Positions 36,693 through 46,326 are shown, counted from the first letter of the stretch. The stretch: 55,537 bases of DNA from an uncultured Planctomycetia bacterium (GCA_964634945.1 CAZWMG010000012.1:1-55537), one strand, 5' to 3'. Numbers and translations are program-made. Notes: generated by a model not told the origin, from the letters alone.

Positions 36693-38125
36693 ATAATCTT
36701 TAAAAATTTTTCTAATATTTCAGGGTCAAAATCTTTTCCTTTTTTAGACAGAAGCTCTTTTTTAGCGCTCTCTTTGCTCATACCCTTGCGATATGGCCTG
36801 TCTGTTGTCATGGCGTCATACGCGTCACAAATTTTTAAGATTCGCGCGGTCAAAGGTATCTCTTCGCCTTTTAATCCATCAGGGTAACCGCTTCCATTAT
36901 ATAACTCTTGATGGTTGCGCACAAGCTCGCACAACGCTGACATGTGCCTTATAGGCCTTATAATGTTTACGCCTATAATAACGTGCTCCTCCATCTCTTT
37001 CTGCTCTTCTTTATCAAGGGGTCCATGCTTTTTTAAAACCTCATCCCTCACGCCTATCTTACCAACATCATGAAGAATAGCGCCATTTCTTAGGATCTTC
37101 ATCATCTCGCCATCAAGCTTCATAGCCGTTCCAAGGCGTTCTACATAACCAGCTACCCTGTCTATATGGCCTTTACTGTATGCATCCTTTGCCTCAACAG
37201 CAACCGCTAGTGCTGTTATGGTCTCCAAATATGTCTGTTCCGCGTCTTCATTAAGTTCAAAATTCTCGATCGCTACAGAAACTTGAGCCGCAACATTTGA
37301 AAGTAATATAATGTCATCTCTGTCAAAAAACTCATGATCAAGCTTATCGCAGACTAGCATAACTCCGTGAACATTACCTTTGCAAAGAAGCGGCGCCGCC
37401 ATAATAGAATCCTTTGCCAAACCACTCTTAAATTCCAAATAAGCAGCGGCATTAGTGCCTACATGAGAAACCGCTTCAAGCTTCTTAAGCTCTATTACCC
37501 TGCCTATTAAACCTTTTGCGGAATCTATATTGATCTCGCGCAATTTGCTCGATATATGATACCCTACCTTCATTACAAGGTTGCTCTTGCCCTCTTCAAA
37601 GAGAAATATCGCTCCGGATGTAGCGGATATGCCTGTAATCAATGTCTGTAGCACGAGTTCAAGCAGATTCTCTATGCCTCTGGTTGAAGTAACCGCGGAA
37701 CCTATCTTGTTCAAAATATTATGCAAAAGCTTTTTTGACGCCTCCAGATCTTTTATCTTCTTTTGGAGCTCATCTGTTATCTTATTAAAGGAATTGGCAA
37801 TGTCTCCAATCTCATCTTTGTTCGCTACATTTACTTTTTGACTGTAATTACCGCTAGCTATCTCTTTAGCGTTACTGCTAAAACTCGCTAGGGCTGCCAT
37901 ACTTCTTCTTATAAGATCAAATGAAGCCAGGCTTAGAAGGACTACCAGCAATATCGTTAAATTAAAAAGAGGCAACTGCTTATTCAGTAAAGGCGCTAAA
38001 TTTAAATAACGTATTATAAAAAGTATCAAAACTATGGGGACAAGCGACATAAATACAAAAGCGATACTAAATTTTCTGTGCAGACTTGTCGCTGTAAGCC
38101 TGTCGACCTTAAGCTTTTTCTTCAT
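36689..38125 (-). CDS. membrane HAMP-GAF-HD-GYP cyclic dinucleotide phosphodiesterase
   Basis: Two TMs, HAMP DEIGDIA..FN, GAF domain, HDVGK, GYPDGL and RPYR. Start probably ATG 38125 after GGAGG. Confidence 0.88.
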   Translation of the reverse strand: MKKKLKVDRLTATSLHRKFSIAFVFMSLVPIVLILFIIRYLNLAPLLNKQLPLFNLTILLVVLLSLASFDLIRRSMAALASFSSNAKEIASGNYSQKVNVANKDEIGDIANSFNKITDELQKKIKDLEASKKLLHNILNKIGSAVTSTRGIENLLELVLQTLITGISATSGAIFLFEEGKSNLVMKVGYHISSKLREINIDSAKGLIGRVIELKKLEAVSHVGTNAAAYLEFKSGLAKDSIMAAPLLCKGNVHGVMLVCDKLDHEFFDRDDIILLSNVAAQVSVAIENFELNEDAEQTYLETITALAVAVEAKDAYSKGHIDRVAGYVERLGTAMKLDGEMMKILRNGAILHDVGKIGVRDEVLKKHGPLDKEEQKEMEEHVIIGVNIIRPIRHMSALCELVRNHQELYNGSGYPDGLKGEEIPLTARILKICDAYDAMTTDRPYRKGMSKESAKKELLSKKGKDFDPEILEKFLKII

Positions 38126-38216
38126 TTTCCGGCCTCCTTGCATAATAACGTTTTACGCCATACATCCAATATCCAGTATTATACCTCGTCGTGTGTCGTG
38201 CGCCTGCCTTGCAACC

Positions 38217-39104
38217 TCATATACCTGCAGTATCGATAATTTCCAACACAAGCCTCTCCCAACCTATCGGCATAATATGCACGCCATGGCAAAGGCTCCT
38301 AATCTCACTGATCATCCTAACAGCGATCTCAATAGATTTCTTATGCTTGTCTGAAGCGCTCTCTATCTCTTGTATCAGGTTCTCAGGCACATATATACCA
38401 GCTACATTCTCGTTCATATATCTTGCCATCTTTCCGGACTTAAGCAATATAATACCCGCGATAATAGGGATATTATATGGTGCGGCCTTTGTAGCAAACT
38501 CATTGAATCTTGCTATATCAAATACTCCCTGCGTCTGAAAAAACTGCGCCCCTGAGGCTATCTTCTTCTCCATCTTGATGAGCTCAGGCTCTAGTGGATC
38601 CGCACATGGATTTACTACCGCTCCAACACAGAACTTAGGATTGCTATTAAGCTTATTTCCTTCGCTATCTCTGCCCTGCTGTAATCCCTTTATAATATCT
38701 AAGAGCTGTACAGAATCAAGGTCAAAGACAGGTTTTGCCTGTGGATGATCCCCGCTTAAAGGATGATCCCCAGTCAAAACCAGAATATTTTCTATGCCGA
38801 GACAAGCGGCAGAGAGTATATCCGATTGAAGCGCGAGCCTGTTCCTATCACGGCATGTTATCTGAAAAACAGGGTCTATACCAATCTGTTTAATAAGGTA
38901 TGAACCTGTAAGAGAGCCTAGTCTCATCACAGCGCTCTGAAGATCAGTAACATTAATCGCATCCACCTTGTTGATAAGTGGCTTTGCCTCATCGAGCATC
39001 TTTGTCACATCAGAGCCTTTTGGTGGGCCTACCTCACTTGTTACTATGAATTTTTTTGATTTTATGGCTTTTTGCAAATTCATTATATTAGATCCTTTGT
39101 TCAA
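38217..39104 (-). CDS. metF: methylenetetrahydrofolate reductase catalytic subunit
   Basis: Motifs EVGPPKG, INVTD, TCRDRNRLALQS, TGD and FFQTQ. Confidence 0.92.
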   Translation of the reverse strand: MNKGSNIMNLQKAIKSKKFIVTSEVGPPKGSDVTKMLDEAKPLINKVDAINVTDLQSAVMRLGSLTGSYLIKQIGIDPVFQITCRDRNRLALQSDILSAACLGIENILVLTGDHPLSGDHPQAKPVFDLDSVQLLDIIKGLQQGRDSEGNKLNSNPKFCVGAVVNPCADPLEPELIKMEKKIASGAQFFQTQGVFDIARFNEFATKAAPYNIPIIAGIILLKSGKMARYMNENVAGIYVPENLIQEIESASDKHKKSIEIAVRMISEIRSLCHGVHIMPIGWERLVLEIIDTAGI

Positions 39105-39127
39105 ACATCACAACTGTTTTCCCACAT

Positions 39128-39772
39128 CTATAATATGACCTTCTGTGGCTTAAGCTGCTTTGAGTAGTCCTGCGGCTTATAGATATGCCTCATGTTATCT
39201 AAATCTCCGGATTCTTTTAATTGTTTATATATCAGTATCCAGCCGCAATCTCGCTTGTTATCAACTTCGCATTTCTCATTCTTTGAGCCACCACATGGCC
39301 CGTTCAGCAAACCTTTGGTGCAGACCGTCAAAGGACATATCGTCGCTGTCTTGTCTATAATGCACTCACCGCAAAGTATACATTTTTGTGTAAAATGACC
39401 GCCGCGTTCTACCTCGCCAAGAAATAATGTCTCAAGCGCGGGGACAACCCTTTTAACCTTGGTGCCATCTTTTATAACCTGTGCTCCATCACCACAAGCT
39501 AAAACAAGTATCGCGTCTGTCCGCTCAAATACTTTTTTATTCTTATGAAAAAGTTGTTTTACCTTAACCAGGTGGCATGCAGGATCAAGTATCGCCTTGC
39601 CCATAACCTCTAAGCCGGCCTCATTAAGAAAACTCTCCATCTCATTGACCTGGTCCTCGCCACCGGTTTTACATACAGTCGCGCATTGAGCGCATCCTAT
39701 GAGAAAAACTCTTTTACTTTTTTTAAGTGAGTTAATAATCTGTTCCGGCGTTTTATTTTTTGTTATTATCAT
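39128..39772 (-). CDS. metV: MTHFR small Fe-S/Zn subunit MetV
   Basis: GCAQCATVCKTGG, CGDG, CILCGEC...CPLTVCTKGLLNGPCGG; directly upstream of metF. Confidence 0.88.
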   Translation of the reverse strand: MIITKNKTPEQIINSLKKSKRVFLIGCAQCATVCKTGGEDQVNEMESFLNEAGLEVMGKAILDPACHLVKVKQLFHKNKKVFERTDAILVLACGDGAQVIKDGTKVKRVVPALETLFLGEVERGGHFTQKCILCGECIIDKTATICPLTVCTKGLLNGPCGGSKNEKCEVDNKRDCGWILIYKQLKESGDLDNMRHIYKPQDYSKQLKPQKVIL

Positions 39773-40635
39773 CTTATGCCTTTCTGCTTCTGAAAAAGCT
39801 CAACACAGTTGCGCATTAACATAGTTGTAGTAAGCGGGCCAACGCCACCGGGCACTGGCGTAATATATGATGCCTTCTTGCTGGCTTTATCAAAATCTAC
39901 ATCGCCAACAATCTTACCATCGACCCTGTTGATCCCTATATCTATAACAACAGCTCCTTCTTTTATACAATCCCCTTTAATTATCTTTGCCTTTCCGACA
40001 GCAACGATAAGCACTTCAGCTCTACTGATATGTTCCATAAGATTGCCTGAATCATTTGTCGCGATATGGCATACAGTGACTGTAGCGAGTTTATCCAGAA
40101 GAAGCATAGCCAGAGGCTTCCCGACTATTGAACTATGTCCTATTATAACCGCCTCTTTACCATAGAGATCGATACCACAAAGATTAATAAGCTCCATAGC
40201 GGCTGATGCTGTAGGCGGCACTACCTTGTACGCATTTAGCAGGAGTTTTCCTTTGTTTTCAGGGCTTATGCCCTCAACATCCTTATCTGATGATATAAAA
40301 GACGTTATCTTAATAATATCAAATCCGTCAGGCAGAGGAGACTGCAGTATTACCCCTGTAACATTTTCATCTTTATTCAGCTGAATGATCTTCTCTATCA
40401 GGTCTTCTTCTGACACGGAAGCCGCGAGCTTAACAAGCTCGTAATCCATATCAATAGCATCCGCTATTTTTTTTTGCGAATTAGCATAGACAGAAAAAGC
40501 TCCTCCTTCGCCAATCTGCAAGGCTACTAGCCTAGGCACAGACCCTGTTGAACTCTTTAAAGCCTCTATCCTGTTGCTCAACTCATGTTTTATCTCATCG
40601 GCTTTTTTACTGCCATCGAGTATAATTGCGCCCAT
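39769..40635 (-). CDS. folD: methylene-THF dehydrogenase FolD (probably lacking cyclohydrolase activity)
   Basis: Motifs ILDG, QSPLP, KDVEG, GHSSIVGKP, DIGIN, GDVD and PVPGGVGP. Real start is ATG 40635. Confidence 0.93.
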   Translation of the reverse strand: MGAIILDGSKKADEIKHELSNRIEALKSSTGSVPRLVALQIGEGGAFSVYANSQKKIADAIDMDYELVKLAASVSEEDLIEKIIQLNKDENVTGVILQSPLPDGFDIIKITSFISSDKDVEGISPENKGKLLLNAYKVVPPTASAAMELINLCGIDLYGKEAVIIGHSSIVGKPLAMLLLDKLATVTVCHIATNDSGNLMEHISRAEVLIVAVGKAKIIKGDCIKEGAVVIDIGINRVDGKIVGDVDFDKASKKASYITPVPGGVGPLTTTMLMRNCVELFQKQKGIR

Positions 40636-40636
40636 T

Positions 40637-41248
40637 TTATGTATGCATCCTTTCCCTGGCTTTAGATAAAACATGTGTCTTAAGTTTTTTAATATCGCGC
40701 TGGAGTCTTCCATACGTTTCTGTATTGTTAATAACATATTTCTTGTCTTTTATATTCTCCAAGTTGACATGGATATTCGCGAGAGCCGATTCAAACGCGG
40801 CATCAAGCGTATAAATTGCTACTATTACATCTGAAAGTATGTGCTTATTTGCTACATATGCCAGTTCAAGCGCGATTACAGTTGCCTTATAAGCGTAACT
40901 ACAGACATTAGCTGGTGGGGTTATCGCTCTCTTTAGGGCTGGCTGCAGACTAACAACGTTATCTTTATGTTTCTTAAACGCGCTTGAGAGGTTCTCATAT
41001 GCCTTTACATCCTTATCAATAAGGCCTGCCATTTTTTCTCTTATTGATTCTGATTTTTTCAATGCCTTTTGAGACCTCTCTTTATATCCGTTAAAACCTT
41101 TTCCCGCTAAAGTGTAATTCGCTACCATGCTTAGAAGTCCACAACCCAACACCCCTAGCAGAGCGGCTGTGCTTCCTCCGCCAGGCGTTGGTGTTTTAGC
41201 TGCCAGTCTATCAGAATAATACCTTATGCTCTTATCTATATATTTCAT
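40637..41248 (-). CDS. fchA: cyclodeaminase/cyclohydrolase (FchA, FTCD_C family)
   Basis: Motifs PTPGGGS, MVANYT, D.KAY and NI.VNL. Start is ATG 41248 after AAGGAG. Confidence 0.82.
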   Translation of the reverse strand: MKYIDKSIRYYSDRLAAKTPTPGGGSTAALLGVLGCGLLSMVANYTLAGKGFNGYKERSQKALKKSESIREKMAGLIDKDVKAYENLSSAFKKHKDNVVSLQPALKRAITPPANVCSYAYKATVIALELAYVANKHILSDVIVAIYTLDAAFESALANIHVNLENIKDKKYVINNTETYGRLQRDIKKLKTHVLSKARERMHT

Positions 41249-41285
41249 AATACGATCTCCTTTATATTGCCTAAAAGAAAAACCC

Positions 41286-42893
41286 TTAAAACAGCCCTTT
41301 GATCTTGCCATGCCTGTCAGCTGTAATATTACATGCCGCGGGTTTCTTAGGTAGGCCCGGTAAAAGAAGTATATTCCCACATACAGGCACGATAAAACCT
41401 GCGCCTGAGAATATTCTTATCTTATGTATATTTAATCTCCAACCTTTTGGGGCACCCTTCAATAAACGGTTATCGGATACAGAAAATTGCGTCTTCGCTA
41501 TATTAACAGCTAGCCTATTGAATCCAAGCCCTTCTATCACTCTAAGGTCTTTCTTTGCCTGTAAGCTATAATTGACCCCCTTTGCGCCATATATTCTTGT
41601 AGCGATAATCTCTATCTTTTTCCTTGCGCTCAGCCCTTCCTCGTAAAGAGGCTTAAACCTGGATTCATTCTTTTTAAGTATGCGCATACAGCCCTCTGCC
41701 AGGTCAATTGCTCCATAACCTCCTTTGGCCACAGCGTCTGATGTATAACTATCCACTCCGAGTTCTTGGCAGCAAACCTTAATCTTTTTAAGCGATTTAT
41801 CCGTATCACCAGGAAATTTATTTATCGCAACTACAGGCTCTATTCCAAAACACCTTATTATATTTATATGTTTGGCTAGATTAGCTATACCATGCAATTT
41901 TATTGCTCTCTGAGAAACAACTATGACCGCTAGTTCCGGCTTTAATTTTCCTTGACGACATACGATATCAAAAAATTTCTCCGCGCCAAGATCGGAACCA
42001 AAACCACTTTCTGTAATCACGTAATCAGCCAGTTTTAACCCCATCAACATAGACATAATGCTGTTGGCGCCATGCGCGATATTCGCGAAAGGCCCGCAAT
42101 GGACAAAAGCGGGATTACCTTCTATTGTCTGGACAAGATTAGGCATAATGGAATTGGCTAAAAGCGCACTCATAGAGCCAACCGCGTTTAAGGTCTTAGG
42201 CGTAACAGGCTTATTCTTCTTTGTAAAAGCGATTGTCATACGAGAAAGCCTGTTTTGCAGATCTGCTATGCCTTTGCTCAAAGCGAGGATGGCCATTGCT
42301 TCAGATGCGGCGATAATATCAAAGCCGCTTTTATAAGAAGTTTTTTTATTAATATTAAAATTTATCTGTCGAAGGGTTCTGTCGCTTATATCTATGGTCC
42401 GCCTCAATTGTATATTGCTTGTATCTATATTATACTTGTTACCAAAATAAATACTGCTATCAAGCATAGCGCAAAGCAGATTATTCGCACCGGATACCGC
42501 GTAGCCATCACCGGTAAAATGTAGGTTTATATCCTCGATAGGTATTACCTGGGAATAACCTCCGCCACATGCGCCGCCTTTTATGCCGAACATAGGCCCA
42601 AGAGAAGGCTCACGTAAACAAAGAAAGGCTTTTTTCTTCAATCTTCCAAACCCCTGCGCCAGGCCTATAGCGGTAGATGTTTTACCTTCACCATATTTTG
42701 TAGGCGTTATAGAGGTAACAAGTATAAGTTTTCCATTGGGTTTGCTTTTTAATCTTGAAAGAAGCGAGGGAGATACCTTGGCTATGTGGTTACCGTAAGG
42801 CATGAGCTCATCATTTTTTATACCGGCAGATTTTGCTATCTCGGTTATCTGCTTCGGCTTTACGCGCTGAGCTATCTCTATGTCGGAAGGCAT
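41286..42893 (-). CDS. fhs: formate--tetrahydrofolate ligase
   Basis: Motifs SDIEIAQ, GEGKTS, LREPSLGP, INLHFTGD, GPFANIAHG, GAEKFFDI, AKTQFS and PGLP. Confidence 0.95.
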   Translation of the reverse strand: MPSDIEIAQRVKPKQITEIAKSAGIKNDELMPYGNHIAKVSPSLLSRLKSKPNGKLILVTSITPTKYGEGKTSTAIGLAQGFGRLKKKAFLCLREPSLGPMFGIKGGACGGGYSQVIPIEDINLHFTGDGYAVSGANNLLCAMLDSSIYFGNKYNIDTSNIQLRRTIDISDRTLRQINFNINKKTSYKSGFDIIAASEAMAILALSKGIADLQNRLSRMTIAFTKKNKPVTPKTLNAVGSMSALLANSIMPNLVQTIEGNPAFVHCGPFANIAHGANSIMSMLMGLKLADYVITESGFGSDLGAEKFFDIVCRQGKLKPELAVIVVSQRAIKLHGIANLAKHINIIRCFGIEPVVAINKFPGDTDKSLKKIKVCCQELGVDSYTSDAVAKGGYGAIDLAEGCMRILKKNESRFKPLYEEGLSARKKIEIIATRIYGAKGVNYSLQAKKDLRVIEGLGFNRLAVNIAKTQFSVSDNRLLKGAPKGWRLNIHKIRIFSGAGFIVPVCGNILLLPGLPKKPAACNITADRHGKIKGLF

Positions 42894-42939
42894 ATTGTCA
42901 TTACCTTATGTTTTAGTATTGAAACTGTTTCAAACATCT

Positions 42940-43551
42940 TTATTTTACACGAAAGCTGCGTCTATGTATAGGCGAAAACCCTTTTCTAAGAATTGCGTTT
43001 AAGTGCTCCTTAGTCCCATACCCCTTATGCCTGTAAAAGCCATACCCGGGAAAGATACGGTCATAAAACTCAAGCAGCCGGTCACGTGTAACCTTAGCGA
43101 CTATTGACGCGCATGCGATAGAGAGGCTTTTCTGATCACCTTTTACAATAGTGCGCTGCTGCACAGTAAGGCGCAGGCGCATATTTCCATCTATAAGTAA
43201 AAGATCAGGCGTGCAACGAAGGTCAAGTATCGATCTCTCCATTGCCAGCATTGTAGCGTGATATATATTTATATTATCAATAACAGTCTCTGAAACAATG
43301 CCGATACCTATTATGGCCTTATCAAGTATCTCCTCATACGCGCGTTTTCTTGCGGGAGGATTAAGCCTTTTAGAATCATCTATCCTGACTGAAAAATCAT
43401 GCCTTTTCAGTACAATAGCAGAGGCAATAACCGGTCCTGCTAAGGGCCCTCTGCCAGCTTCATCGACCCCAGCTACAGACATATAGCCTGAATCTCTTGC
43501 GTTATCTTCAAAGCGAAGCAGCTTATTTCTCTTTCTTTGGAGTGGATCCAA
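42940..43551 (-). CDS. rnhB: ribonuclease HII
   Basis: Motifs GVDEAGRGPLAGPV, DSK, IDGN, ASIVAKVTRD, HKGYGT and HRRSF. Confidence 0.96.
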   Translation of the reverse strand: MDPLQRKRNKLLRFEDNARDSGYMSVAGVDEAGRGPLAGPVIASAIVLKRHDFSVRIDDSKRLNPPARKRAYEEILDKAIIGIGIVSETVIDNINIYHATMLAMERSILDLRCTPDLLLIDGNMRLRLTVQQRTIVKGDQKSLSIACASIVAKVTRDRLLEFYDRIFPGYGFYRHKGYGTKEHLNAILRKGFSPIHRRSFRVK

Positions 43552-43888
43552 TCTTCTCTTTAACCGTTGTCTTTTTGCCTACCTTATTTCTTAAATAATA
43601 AAGTTTCGCGCGACGTACTCTCCCCCGCCTGGTTATCTCTACCTTGTCTACGCTGGGCGCATGGAGCGAGAACGTTCTCTCAACGCCCTCTCCATAAGAG
43701 ACTCTCCTTACGGTAAAAGATTCCTTTACACTGGAACCTTTTTTAGAAATAACTATACCTTCAAACGCCTGTAGCCTATGCTTATCTTCTTCAACAATTT
43801 TTATAAACACCTTGACCGTATCGCCTACTGAAAATTTAGGCACCTCTTTCTTTATATGCCTTGCCTCTACTTCCTTAATCTTGCTCAT
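43523..43888 (-). CDS. rplS: 50S ribosomal protein L19
   Basis: Motifs GDTVKV, RLQAFEG, GEGVER and VRRAKLYYLR. Start is ATG 43888 after AAGGAG. Confidence 0.97.
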   Translation of the reverse strand: MSKIKEVEARHIKKEVPKFSVGDTVKVFIKIVEEDKHRLQAFEGIVISKKGSSVKESFTVRRVSYGEGVERTFSLHAPSVDKVEITRRGRVRRAKLYYLRNKVGKKTTVKEKIGSTPKKEK

Positions 43889-43943
43889 CTTATTCTCTCC
43901 TTTTTTAGTCTTGAAACCGCTCATAATCTATTCATACAAGAAG

Positions 43944-43987
43944 GTTTCTTAAATACTGCTAGTATAACTTAAAAGTATTTAAGAAAC
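43944..43987. repeat. 14-bp perfect inverted repeat between trmD and rplS
   Basis: gtttcttaaatact-16 nt-agtatttaagaaac. Confidence 0.6.
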
Positions 43988-44010
43988 TATTTCTGATCAC
44001 TTGTTAATAA

Positions 44011-44703
44011 CTATGTCTCCAACTGGCTTATATGCTTTATCAGATCAGGCCTATTATGCATCGTCTTAAATAGAGATTCCCTTCTCCTGTATGATTTGAC
44101 GATATTATGGTTACCTGAAATAAGAAACTCGGGAACCTTTTCACCGCTATAATTGGCAGGCCGAGTATACTGTGAATACTCTAATAGCCCATTGCTAAAG
44201 CTTTCATCTATATTAGACCTTTCATGGCCAAGCACGCCAGGCAATAACCTCACTACGCTGTCGATCAGCACCATAGCAGGTAACTCGCCTCCGGTCAAAA
44301 TATAATCCCCTATTGATATCTCCTGATCAATATGGCCTCTAATCCTTTCATCCGTGCCTTCATAATGCCCGCATACTAGCATAAGCCCTGGTGCTTTTGA
44401 TAGAGACAGGCATAAAGAATGATTGAGCGTCTTGCCCCTAGGGCTCATAAGTATCACCTTCGCACGTGGCGAGGAGGCCTTTACGCTGTTTATTGTATCT
44501 ATCACAGGTTGACACTGCAATACCATGCCCGGGCCTCCGCCAAAAGGCTTATCATCAACCTTGCGATGCTTGTTGGCTGCAAAATCTCTTATGTTATGCG
44601 TCTGGATGCTTACCTTTGCGAACCTCTGAGCGCGCTCTATAATAGACTCGGAAGTTAACGCCTCAAACATACCCGGAAAAAGCGTCAATATATCTATTTT
44701 CAT
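44011..44703 (-). CDS. trmD: tRNA (guanine-N1)-methyltransferase
   Basis: Motifs LTLFP, VDDKPFGGGPGMV, CGHYEG, SIGDYILTGGE and YTRP. Confidence 0.97.
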   Translation of the reverse strand: MKIDILTLFPGMFEALTSESIIERAQRFAKVSIQTHNIRDFAANKHRKVDDKPFGGGPGMVLQCQPVIDTINSVKASSPRAKVILMSPRGKTLNHSLCLSLSKAPGLMLVCGHYEGTDERIRGHIDQEISIGDYILTGGELPAMVLIDSVVRLLPGVLGHERSNIDESFSNGLLEYSQYTRPANYSGEKVPEFLISGNHNIVKSYRRRESLFKTMHNRPDLIKHISQLET

Positions 44704-44706
44704 AAA

Positions 44707-44774
44707 ATTATTGGGTTATTGGGTTATTGGGTTTTGAACGTTTCCAAACACCATAACGCTATAACGCGACAACC
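44707..44774. repeat. 8-mer-array palindromic repeat, copy 2 (rpsP-trmD junction)
   Basis: (gttattgg)n followed by ataacgc units; core 27/29 identical to 11095-11123. Confidence 0.75.
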
Positions 44775-44778
44775 TGTT

Positions 44779-45012
44779 TTATTTCTTCTTAATTATACTC
44801 TTTATCGTATCAGTCATCTGCGCGCCAACACCTATCCAGTAATCCGCGCGCTCTTTATCTATCTTGACAAGAGCGGGGTTCTTAGAGGGGTCATAAAAAC
44901 CAAGCTCCTCTATGGCCCTTGTATTCCTGCTCCTGCGCTTATCACAGACTATTATTTTAAAATGTGGCTTCCCCTTTGCTCCCATCTTCTTTAATCGTAT
45001 TGTTACTGCCAT
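44779..45012 (-). CDS. rpsP: 30S ribosomal protein S16
   Basis: Motifs MAVTIRL, IEELGFYDP and W...GAQ.TD. Confidence 0.95.
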   Translation of the reverse strand: MAVTIRLKKMGAKGKPHFKIIVCDKRRSRNTRAIEELGFYDPSKNPALVKIDKERADYWIGVGAQMTDTIKSIIKKK

Positions 45013-45029
45013 TACATTATCTCCTTATT

Positions 45030-46295
45030 TTATGATCTTACCCTTTTAATCTTCGCTCCTAATAGTGAAAGCTTCTTTTCCATGTCTTTATATCCCCGAT
45101 CAAGGTGATATATTCTTGAGATTGTAGTCTCACCTTTTGCGACCAAACCCCCTATTACCAGGGCTGCTGATGCACGCAGGTCTGATGCCATAACTTCCGC
45201 GCCGCTTAAATTCTTAACACCACGTATAATAGCACTATCTCCTTCAAGACTTATCTGAGCGCCCATTCTGTTTAGCTCCCCCACATGCATAAATCTCTCC
45301 GGATATATCTTCTCAGTAATAATCGCTATACCTTTCGATATTGCCATAAGTGCCATCATCTGAGCCTGTAAATCAGTGGGAAATCCAGGATATGGCAACG
45401 TTGCTAAACCTATGGTATTCAGTCTCCGACCGGCTCTTACCCTTATAGCGCCCTTAGGTTTTTTTGTAATCACCGCGCCTGCTTCGATAAGAGCGTCTAT
45501 AAGAGCTCGTAGGTGATTAATACTGGACCCCTTAATAGTAATATCGCCTTTTGTGGCGCAAGCAGCGATCATATAGGTTGCGGCTTCTATGCGATCAGGT
45601 ATAATCTTATGTGTAGCTCCATGCAAACGTTTTACGCCTTCAATCTCTATGGTATGGGTTCTATGTCCCTTGATCTTAGCGCCCATCTTTATAAGAAATT
45701 CAGCTAGATCTACTATCTCTGGTTCGCATGCGGCATACTCAATAATGGTCTTGCCTTTAGCTAATGTAGCTGCCATCATAACATTTGCCGTAGCTAAGAC
45801 AGATGAGCCAAAAGCCCCGCCAAGATATACTGTGTTTCCTTTTAAACCCTCTGTTCTTGCTATTAGATAACCATGCTCGACCTTAATATCAGCTCCCAGG
45901 GCACTCAAACCTTTAGTATGTATATTTATTGGGCGCGGGCCTATTATGCAGCCACCTGGCAATGATACCTTAGCATAAAGCTGCCTAACGAGAAGAGGGC
46001 CAAGTATGCATATAGAGGCGCGCATGGTGCTTACATAGCTATAGTCTGCTGTATTACCGGTATAAGCTCCGGGAGTTATTTCAAGAGTACCATCTAAAAA
46101 ATTTACCTTTGCCCCAACTATGCGCAATATCTTGCACATGGTATATACATCACTAAGTTGAGGAACGCCCTTAATTACAGATTTGCCCTCAGTCAGCAGG
46201 CATGCCGCCATTATCGGTAACGCGGCATTTTTCGCGCCATCTATTCTCACCTCACCTGATAACCTCGTGGGGCCTTCTACTATAAGTTTATCCAT
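45030..46295 (-). CDS. murA: UDP-N-acetylglucosamine 1-carboxyvinyltransferase
   Basis: Motifs GAKNAALP, MRAS, PGGCIIGPRP, PDRIEA, PGFPTDLQ and DLRA. Confidence 0.97.
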   Translation of the reverse strand: MDKLIVEGPTRLSGEVRIDGAKNAALPIMAACLLTEGKSVIKGVPQLSDVYTMCKILRIVGAKVNFLDGTLEITPGAYTGNTADYSYVSTMRASICILGPLLVRQLYAKVSLPGGCIIGPRPINIHTKGLSALGADIKVEHGYLIARTEGLKGNTVYLGGAFGSSVLATANVMMAATLAKGKTIIEYAACEPEIVDLAEFLIKMGAKIKGHRTHTIEIEGVKRLHGATHKIIPDRIEAATYMIAACATKGDITIKGSSINHLRALIDALIEAGAVITKKPKGAIRVRAGRRLNTIGLATLPYPGFPTDLQAQMMALMAISKGIAIITEKIYPERFMHVGELNRMGAQISLEGDSAIIRGVKNLSGAEVMASDLRASAALVIGGLVAKGETTISRIYHLDRGYKDMEKKLSLLGAKIKRVRS

Positions 46296-46326
46296 TGTTT
46301 AGGTACTCGATTTTAGGCTTACAGCG

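Noticed and set aside
40636-41380. Apparent long overlaps fhs/fchA and fchA/folD suggesting frameshifting
   Set aside because: They disappear when the downstream starts (41248 with a clear SD, and 40635) are used.
44719-44994. 91-aa plus-strand ORF starting MGYWVL
   Set aside because: Begins in the gttattgg repeat and runs antisense to rpsP.
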